From Parcubacteria group bacterium Gr01-1014_33 (GTDB lineage: Bacteria; Patescibacteriota; Minisyncoccia; Sungbacterales; HO2-52-23): DNA of 48,272 nucleotides. Of this stretch, positions 16,396-22,454 are shown piece after piece (within the stretch, counting starts at the first letter, position 1; each line of letters opens with the position of its first letter). The DNA lies in assembly GCA_007376125.1 (NCBI GenBank), contig VMFQ01000016.1, forward strand, positions 1 to 48,272, given 5' to 3'. The notes below the pieces were generated by a model. That model was not told where the DNA came from. It saw only the letters and a program-made list of their open reading frames with translations, and did not search any database. The translations under genes were made by a program, and so were the position numbers.

Positions 16396-19300
16396 TCAAA
16401 CTACAAAATTGATAAGCTTATTCTGGACAAAAATAATTTTCTTCGGCTCTGTGGTAAGAAACTTTCGGACTTGTTCAATTTGCATTGCGGCATCTTTTGC
16501 CTCTTTTTCTTTGGCACCCATCGGAAGTGTTGCGCGCCCGCGCAATTTACCGTTTACTTGGATCACGAGTTCAAACGTGTCTTCTTGAATGAGCTTCGGA
16601 TTGTATTTAGGCCACAGCTCAAGATGAATAGACCGAAAGGTTGTAGGTTGTAGGTTGTAGGTTGTAGAAAAAATTCTTTGCCACAATTCTTCAGAAATGT
16701 GTGGCGCAAAAGGCGCAAGAAGTTTCAAGAAAACGTTTATATCCTCTCCGCTCACCTTCTCCTTGTTTGATTCAAACTCATTTAACAAAACCATAAGCGC
16801 CGAGATCGCGGTGTTGTATTGCAAATTCTCAATATCTTCGGTAACTTTTTTGGTTGTCTGATGCAGTATCTTTTGTATTTTTGATTTGGGATTTGGGACT
16901 TTTTTGGAAATTGGGATTTGGGATCTGAGATTTTGCGAGATTTGTACCTGACCAAACCTCCAGACGCGCTCAAGAAATCTGGTGATCCCCTTTATGCCCG
17001 TATCGCGAAAATCTCCCCCCTGTTCAAACGGCCCCAAAAACATAAGATACATCCGCAGAGCGTCCGCGCCGTAGGCGCGGATGTATTCATCCGGATTCAC
17101 GACATTCCCTTTGGACTTGGACATCTTGGCGCCGTCTTTGATTAAGAGGCCGTGCGCGCGAAATTTCGCAAACGGCTCTTCAAAGTGCGTAAGCCCCCAG
17201 TCGGAAAACACCATCGCGAGAAACCGCGAATACAAGAGATGCAGGACCGAGTGCTCCGCGCCGCCGATATACATGTGCACCGGAAGCCATTTTTTTGTAA
17301 TTGCCGGATTCCATGGTTTTTTCTCCTCGCGAACCGATGGATAACGCAAAAAATACCAGGCAGAATCCAAAAACGTATCCGAAACATCAGTTTCCCGCCT
17401 TGCCCACGATTTGCACTTTGGGCAACGGACTTTATAAAACCTTTCAACTGATGCAAGGGGGGATTTTCCCGTGCCCGTAGGACGAAATTTTTTAATGTAG
17501 GGCAACCGCACCGGCAAGTCCTTTTCCGGAACAGGATGCCATCCTAATCCGTCCGAAGTCGGACTTCCATCGGAAGTCCGACTTCGCTTTGCGCAATTTT
17601 CGCAAAAAATCATAGGAATTGGGGGCCCCCAGTAACGCTGGCGTGAAATCAGCCAATCGCGAAGGCGGTAATGTACAGTTCGTTTCCCTTTCACAAATTT
17701 CGTAATCTCCCATTTTGCTTTTTCAGAGTCCGTACCGGTAAATTTTCCTGAATTTATCAAAATGCCGGAATTTGTATGCACGCGTTGATGGAAAATTGAC
17801 GGGGCACTCGTCGTATCATACCTAAGCTCAATGGCGCGTCCAACTGCTTGCTTTAAAAAACGAATCCAATGATCATGTTCGTGATTATAGTTGTTCCGCT
17901 CTAGGTTCTCGAGAATTTCTCCTGCACTTACCCACTCCACTATGAAGTCTTCGTGTGTCTCAAGTTTTTGTTCCTGAACTGCAGTTGTTTTTAGTATCAC
18001 TAAAAAGCAGGTTGCCTTGGCAAAACGATCCACATTGCGAGGAATATTGTGATAATGAGCAAATGCCGTCTCAATCTGTTCAACATGAACGAAATCATAA
18101 TATCCGCTTTCCTCTTTTATCTCCCGCAAAATTCCTTTTTCAATATCTTCCCCCTCCTCTACTCCTCCGGAGAATAGTCCGTACCATTCTCGTTCTCCCT
18201 TTTTCCAATGGGCTATCGCATACTTTTGCGTTTCAGGATCAAAAACTACTCCGGAACCACCATCTCTGAATTCCTCTTTATTGCGTTTCTCGCCAGTTTC
18301 TGGAGCAACAATCTGACGAATCGGCAAATCAAACTTCTTTGCAAACTCAAAGTCGCGCTCGTCGTGTGCAGGAACTGCCATAATCGCGCCCGTGCCTATA
18401 TTACCCAGAACATAATCTGCAACCCAAATTGGAATCATTTCCCCATTTGCCGGATTGATTGCTTTTACTCCTTTTAGTTCAACTCCGGTTTTTTCTTTGC
18501 TCGCGGCAATTCGCTCTTCTTCAGATTTCGATTTCGCGTTTTGGATGTATCCTCGGACTTCCCCATAATTCATAATTCCTGATTCCTGATTCATCAGCAT
18601 CGGATGCTCCGGCGCCACCACCAAATACGTCGCCCCGAAAAGCGTATCCGCCCTTGTGGTAAATACCTCAATAAACGCTGACTCACGCTGACTGGACGCG
18701 GACTTACGCAGAATTTCCGTGTTAGTCCGCGTCGTGTCCGCGTAGTTCCGCGAGAGAGCGAACTTTATAAGTGCGCCCTCCGATCTCCCGATCCAATTCC
18801 TCTGCGCGATTTTTATCCGCTCGGACCAATCAATTTTTTCTAAATTCTTCAAAAGCCGTTCCGCATAATCAGTAATCTTAAAAAACCACTGCTCCAAATC
18901 TTTTTTGTGGACTTTTGATCCGCACCTCTCACATTCCCCGGAAATCACCTGCTCATCCGCAAGCACTGTTTTGCACGAAGGACACCAATTTACGGCTTGC
19001 TTCTTTCTATATGCGAGACCCTCTTTAAAGAGCCGCACAAAAATCCATTGAGTCCATTTATAGTATTCGGGATCGTACGTTTCAAGCCGCTCTTGCCACG
19101 CAAAGCCGTTTCCGATCATCTGGAGCTGGCGATAAAAATTCTTTTCGGTGATCCGCGAAAGTTCCATCGGATGTTTTCCGATTTTCAACGCATAATTTTC
19201 AGAATGTATTCCAAACCCGTCCAGCCCAATCGGCTCAAATACATCATACCCTTGCATCCGCTTAAAACGCCCATAAATATCCGCGCCGGTAAATGCATAC

Positions 19301-19485
19301 ATATTTCCCACATGAAGCCCTTCCGCCGATGGGTACGGAAACATCATGAGGTTATAAAATGGCTTTTTTGCGCGCGTCCCTATTCCGCGTCTTCGTGGTC
19401 GGGCAAGTAAATCCGGCTCATAGATTTTTCCCTTAAGCCAACGCGCTTGCCATTTGGATTCAATTTTTTGAGGGAAGTAACGCAT
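16396..19485 (-). CDS. leuS: Leucyl-tRNA synthetase with a nested Nudix domain and several short insertions
   Basis: HIGH-type motif PYPSAEGLHVGN, CP1 motifs TTRADTLFGATY and GTGAIMAVPAHDERDFEFA, RLRDWLISRQRYWG and KMSKSKGN. Start chosen at MRYFPQKIESKWQ. Confidence 0.9.
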   Translation of the reverse strand: MRYFPQKIESKWQARWLKGKIYEPDLLARPRRRGIGTRAKKPFYNLMMFPYPSAEGLHVGNMYAFTGADIYGRFKRMQGYDVFEPIGLDGFGIHSENYALKIGKHPMELSRITEKNFYRQLQMIGNGFAWQERLETYDPEYYKWTQWIFVRLFKEGLAYRKKQAVNWCPSCKTVLADEQVISGECERCGSKVHKKDLEQWFFKITDYAERLLKNLEKIDWSERIKIAQRNWIGRSEGALIKFALSRNYADTTRTNTEILRKSASSQRESAFIEVFTTRADTLFGATYLVVAPEHPMLMNQESGIMNYGEVRGYIQNAKSKSEEERIAASKEKTGVELKGVKAINPANGEMIPIWVADYVLGNIGTGAIMAVPAHDERDFEFAKKFDLPIRQIVAPETGEKRNKEEFRDGGSGVVFDPETQKYAIAHWKKGEREWYGLFSGGVEEGEDIEKGILREIKEESGYYDFVHVEQIETAFAHYHNIPRNVDRFAKATCFLVILKTTAVQEQKLETHEDFIVEWVSAGEILENLERNNYNHEHDHWIRFLKQAVGRAIELRYDTTSAPSIFHQRVHTNSGILINSGKFTGTDSEKAKWEITKFVKGKRTVHYRLRDWLISRQRYWGPPIPMIFCENCAKRSRTSDGSPTSDGLGWHPVPEKDLPVRLPYIKKFRPTGTGKSPLASVERFYKVRCPKCKSWARRETDVSDTFLDSAWYFLRYPSVREEKKPWNPAITKKWLPVHMYIGGAEHSVLHLLYSRFLAMVFSDWGLTHFEEPFAKFRAHGLLIKDGAKMSKSKGNVVNPDEYIRAYGADALRMYLMFLGPFEQGGDFRDTGIKGITRFLERVWRFGQVQISQNLRSQIPISKKVPNPKSKIQKILHQTTKKVTEDIENLQYNTAISALMVLLNEFESNKEKVSGEDINVFLKLLAPFAPHISEELWQRIFSTTYNLQPTTFRSIHLELWPKYNPKLIQEDTFELVIQVNGKLRGRATLPMGAKEKEAKDAAMQIEQVRKFLTTEPKKIIFVQNKLINFVV
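16639..16667. repeat. Tandem heptamer (GGTTGTA)x4 inside leuS
   Basis: Four perfect 7-nt units. Encodes TTYNLQPTT. Confidence 0.85.
16883..16944. repeat. Degenerate heptamer tract (GATTTGG-type) inside leuS
   Basis: gatttgggatttggga ... attgggatttgggatctgagattttgcgagatttg. Encodes QISQNLRSQIPISKKVPNPKSKIQ. Confidence 0.6.
17534..17586. repeat. Compound palindrome inserted in frame in leuS
   Basis: GGATGCCATCC, then GAAGTCGGACTTC and GAAGTCCGACTTC. Encodes RSRTSDGSPTSDGLGW between CENCA and HPVPEKDLPV. Confidence 0.6.
17790..18298 (-). other. Nudix hydrolase domain nested in the LeuRS CP1 domain
   Basis: Perfect Nudix box GGVEEGEDIEKGILREIKEESGY (Gx5Ex7REUxEExGU). It lies between the LeuRS segments FDLPIRQIVAPE and NSGILINSGKFTG. 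Confidence 0.7.
18565..18592. repeat. Tandem heptamers ATAATTC x2 and CTGATTC x2 inside leuS
   Basis: Direct reading. Encodes NQESGIMNY. Confidence 0.75.
18694..18733. repeat. Hairpin-forming insertion in leuS
   Basis: GACGCGGACT (18694..18703) pairs with AGTCCGCGTC (18724..18733). It lies within a ~75-nt extra segment encoding RNYADTTRTNTEILRKSASSQRESA, ahead of IEVFTTRADT. Confidence 0.5.
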
Positions 19486-19492
19486 AAAATAT

Positions 19493-19521
19493 AGTGTAGC
19501 CGCAATCCCTTGGCTTGACAA
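19493..19521 (-). promoter_or_regulatory. Sigma-70-like promoter for leuS, implying a near-leaderless mRNA
   Basis: Minus strand: TTGTCA-17 nt-TACACT, then 7 nt to the ATG at 19485. No SD sequence. Confidence 0.4.
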
Positions 19522-19588
19522 GCCGCGCATAGAACTTTATGGTAGACGTAAATAGTTCTCTTTTTTTCAGCATTGTGGGAGGAGTCGT

Positions 19589-19978
19589 ATGAGCGCGCAC
19601 CCCATAACAATTTCTCAAGCGTACCGCGTCTATCAAGAGGTTATCGCTATTGTCTCACAGAATCCCATCCATACAAGCGATCTATATAAAATAGCGGTGA
19701 GCGCCGAATGTGTGCAGGAAACACTCAATGGGAGCAGATACAAAATAGACATTGCAGAACTCGGAACAGCGGATAAAGAAGCAATATATCGCCTTGGAAC
19801 GAGAATCCCCGTGTCGGTGCAACATTATACCGCCTGCCTTCTCATCTACGATTTAGGGCGATGGGAATGCTATGTGCAGACTCAATTTTCCATAAGAACA
19901 TATCGCAACTTTCTGGTGGAACTCCATCCCGATGATATCGCGTTTCTCACAGATACCGCGCATCCCAAAGCAGTATAG
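19589..19978 (+). CDS. Hypothetical protein (129 aa)
   Basis: ATG preceded by GGGAGGAG. No recognisable domain. Confidence 0.5.
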   Translation: MSAHPITISQAYRVYQEVIAIVSQNPIHTSDLYKIAVSAECVQETLNGSRYKIDIAELGTADKEAIYRLGTRIPVSVQHYTACLLIYDLGRWECYVQTQFSIRTYRNFLVELHPDDIAFLTDTAHPKAV

Positions 19979-19998
19979 AGTTTTAAGAATCCACAGAA

Positions 19999-20943
19999 TC
20001 ATTCTCTGGCTATAGCAAGTCCAAAGAGAGAGAATGTATTTTTTACAGTGGTTTCGCTGACATTGTTCAGCGAAACTTTTTTTATTTCCGCCATCTTTCT
20101 TGCCACTTCACTAATATACGCAGGTTCATTCCGTTTCCCGCGATACGGCGCGGGCGTTACATACGGCGCGTCTGTTTCAAGCAAAATCCGATCAAGCGGA
20201 ATAAACTTTATAACCTCTTCGTAGTCGCTTGCCCCGTTAGAGGCCCGCGCTGAAGGCGCGGCAGTCGCTTCTGGCGACTTGCCTCTAACAGGGCGCGCGA
20301 ATGTGATCACCCCTCCGAAAGAAAATGAAAACCCGAGATCAAGAAGTTTCCGCGCATCATCCACAGTGCCGGTAAAGAAATGGATCACGCCGGGGTTAGG
20401 AAGTAGGTTAGAGGTAGTAGGTTGTAGGATTGAAATCAGGTCAGAAAATGCATTCCGGCAGTGAACCATCAATGGTTTTTTCACATCCGCCGCAAGTTCA
20501 ATTTGTTTTAAAAATACATCTTTTTGTTTCTCTTTCGTCTCCTCGCTTAAACGGTAGTAATCAAGTCCGCATTCCCCTATCCCCACAACTTTTGAATCTT
20601 CGGCTAAATTTTTGTAATACTCGTAGTCAAACTCTTCAGCTCGAGAAGTAAAACCTTTTTCCTCTCCGACATTCTCATATTCTTGAGAATATGGGAATGT
20701 TCCGAGCTCCTGCTCATCGTGATATGATTTTTCCGTATGAATAGGATGGAGACCGACCGTTGCATACACTCCTTCCGAATATCTGTGCGCGGTCTCAATC
20801 GCAGATTTTGAAGTATCGCGCTGGGTGCCCACGTTTATCATCCACACCCCCGCATCCAACGCGCGCCGAATAACCGTATCCCGATCATCGTGGAATGCGG
20901 CAAATTGAGTATGGGTATGGACATCAAATAATCGCGGAGTCAT
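19999..20943 (-). CDS. tatD: TatD-family metal-dependent hydrolase/DNase
   Basis: LFDVHTHTQ (HxH), GECGLDY and LLETDAPYVTPAPYRGKRNEP. Start chosen at MTPRLFDVHTH. Confidence 0.85.
   Translation of the reverse strand: MTPRLFDVHTHTQFAAFHDDRDTVIRRALDAGVWMINVGTQRDTSKSAIETAHRYSEGVYATVGLHPIHTEKSYHDEQELGTFPYSQEYENVGEEKGFTSRAEEFDYEYYKNLAEDSKVVGIGECGLDYYRLSEETKEKQKDVFLKQIELAADVKKPLMVHCRNAFSDLISILQPTTSNLLPNPGVIHFFTGTVDDARKLLDLGFSFSFGGVITFARPVRGKSPEATAAPSARASNGASDYEEVIKFIPLDRILLETDAPYVTPAPYRGKRNEPAYISEVARKMAEIKKVSLNNVSETTVKNTFSLFGLAIARE
20232..20293. repeat. Cloverleaf-like palindromic element inserted in frame in tatD
   Basis: Outer arms CCCCGTTAGAGGC/GCCTCTAACAGGG. Inner hairpins CCGCGC-TGAAG-GCGCGG and AGTCGC-TTCTG-GCGACT. 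Encodes the extra PVRGKSPEATAAPSARASNG. Confidence 0.65.
20394..20428. repeat. Degenerate heptamer tract (NNGTAGG x5) inside tatD
   Basis: ggttagg aagtagg ttagagg tagtagg ttgtagg. Encodes LQPTTSNLLPNP. Confidence 0.7.
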
Positions 20944-21108
20944 ATAATCAGCAATGGTGCGGTCCCGATTTTTTGTCCACAAAAATCGAGGATCCTCGAT
21001 TTGCTCTGCCAATCGGGATAAATTGGGTGTGGGCATGGATGTCAAACAAGAACGGCGTAGACATTCATGTTGTATAAGTATACACTAAATTAGTAAATCT
21101 TAGAATGA

Positions 21109-21684
21109 GTGTTTATGGAAAAATTTGAAGGAAGAAAGCAAATGGAATTAGAAAAACCTCCGTTTCTCTATCACGGATCTCCTAATCGAAACATTCAAGG
21201 GTTTGAGCCGCGCACCAGCAGTGGGACAGGAGAGAAATTAGGAACACAAGTGTATGCGTCTCAAGACATGGCAGTTGCTTCTATATTTTTATTAAACCCA
21301 GAGCGGACTTGGTCTGCGGGAAAATTTAATGATGTACTTTTCGCAGTCATACCGATAAACCGGGATGAGTTCATTAAAAACGATAAAGGCGGATGTATCT
21401 ATGTACTTCCGAGTGATCACTTCGAATCAGATCCGAAACATGGTATGGGAGAATATGAATGGCATTCTCCCCAAAAAGTAAAACCGATTAAAAAGATGCA
21501 ATTTTCTTCTGCTCTTGATGCGGCCATTCAAAATGGAGTTCAAGTATATTTGGTAGATAAAGAGACCTTCCAACGCATTGAGAAATCAAAAGATCATGGA
21601 CTGTTGATCCTACAAAAACTGGAATCAGAAAATCAAAGAAGAGGGATAAATATAAAATCATTACACGCTACTACCAATTCATAA
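21109..21684 (+). CDS. Hypothetical protein (191 aa)
   Basis: Long ORF on the opposite strand to its neighbours, with PPFLYHGSP near the N-terminus. No family recognised. Confidence 0.5.
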   Translation: MFMEKFEGRKQMELEKPPFLYHGSPNRNIQGFEPRTSSGTGEKLGTQVYASQDMAVASIFLLNPERTWSAGKFNDVLFAVIPINRDEFIKNDKGGCIYVLPSDHFESDPKHGMGEYEWHSPQKVKPIKKMQFSSALDAAIQNGVQVYLVDKETFQRIEKSKDHGLLILQKLESENQRRGINIKSLHATTNS

Positions 21685-21710
21685 TCGCGGGAATAAACCC
21701 CCCGCTTTTT

Positions 21711-22093
21711 CTATTTCCCAATGATCCGATATTCTCCTTCTCTAATCAGAACAAGCTTGCCAGAAAGATTTTTTCCCGCTCTTAACAGCTTTAACAAATA
21801 TGCAAGAGCATTCAGAGGACTCTGGTTTCGCAACCGGATTAAAATGACGCCCGGATGAGTTCTTACTGGGAAACGAACCAGATTTCCAAAATCTTTATCG
21901 TGAGTCACAATAATCCGTCTTTCGCGCCGCGCAAATTCCATAATATCCTCGTCCGGTCTTTCCTCGTACCCGACACTTCGGGACGCATGCCTGAAGCAAG
22001 TAACTCCAAAATAAATTCTACCGATATCCTGGTCCCTTTTATGATCGGTTTTCCTTGAAGAATATTTGGATTAAACGTAATTCTATTTTCCAT
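21711..22093 (-). pseudogene. Degraded DUF433 antitoxin / DUF5615 toxin pair fused by an internal deletion
   Basis: The DUF433 N-terminus NPNILQGKPIIKGTRISVEFILELLASG runs, with a frame change, into a DUF5615 C-terminal half DEDIMEFARRERRIIVTHDKDFG...GVILIRL. The DUF433 tail and the DUF5615 head are missing. Confidence 0.55.
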
Positions 22094-22123
22094 GCTTCAA
22101 TTATATCCAAAGTAGTATAGAAA

Positions 22124-22213
22124 TCAAGTGTGTAAAATAACCGCATCCTGATCCTCGCAAAATGCGGCAAATTGGGTATGGGTGTGGACGTCAAAAAATG
22201 ATGGATTAGACAT
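22124..22213 (-). pseudogene. tatD: tatD 5' remnant (about 27 codons)
   Basis: Encodes MSNPSFFDVHTHTQFAAFCEDQDAVILHT-stop, against intact tatD ...RLFDVHTHTQFAAFHDDRDTVI. The DNA match gcggcaaattgggtatgggtgtggacgtc parallels 20895..20925. Confidence 0.75.
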
Positions 22214-22281
22214 GTTATTTTCATTATGCTACTGTTCTTATAAAGTCGTTCTTTAATAGAAAGTACAAGGAGGATGTAAAA

Positions 22282-22434
22282 ATGGCGAAGTCAAAATTTG
22301 CTTTAGGATTATTGAAAAAATTTGGACAATCAAAAGTCCTTTGTGGATTTAATGCCACCAGAAGTAAATGTCGCGCCAAGATAAAGGAGTCTAATAGAAA
22401 AATGAGGCGAGGGAAATATCCTTCTTTGCGATAA
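22282..22434 (+). CDS. Small basic protein (50 aa), hypothetical
   Basis: AGGAGG lies 7 nt upstream of the ATG. MAKSKFALGLLKKFGQSK...RRGKYPSLR. Below the ORF-track length cutoff. Confidence 0.35.
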   Translation: MAKSKFALGLLKKFGQSKVLCGFNATRSKCRAKIKESNRKMRRGKYPSLR

Positions 22435-22454
22435 TAAAATTAAAACAGTCTGCC

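Noticed and set aside
16639-16667. Short tandem repeats considered as possible CRISPR arrays (also 22771..22805, 28917..28944 and 35056..35152)
   Set aside because: The units are 7 nt, contiguous and without spacers, and they lie inside coding sequences. No cas genes are present. These are microsatellite-like heptamer arrays, not CRISPR.
17790-18298. The insertions in LeuRS and IleRS (also 36410..37005) considered as inteins
   Set aside because: There is no Cys/Ser/Thr at an N-extein junction with a terminal His-Asn plus Cys/Ser/Thr, and there are no homing-endonuclease motifs. Instead the inserts carry complete Nudix and histidine-phosphatase signatures.
19486-19588. Possible T-box or other riboswitch leaders upstream of leuS (also metG, glyQS, ileS and argS)
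   Set aside because: The upstream non-coding regions are about 25-100 nt, with promoters abutting the start codons. That is far too short for T-box leaders of about 200 nt or more, and no specifier or T-box sequence was seen.
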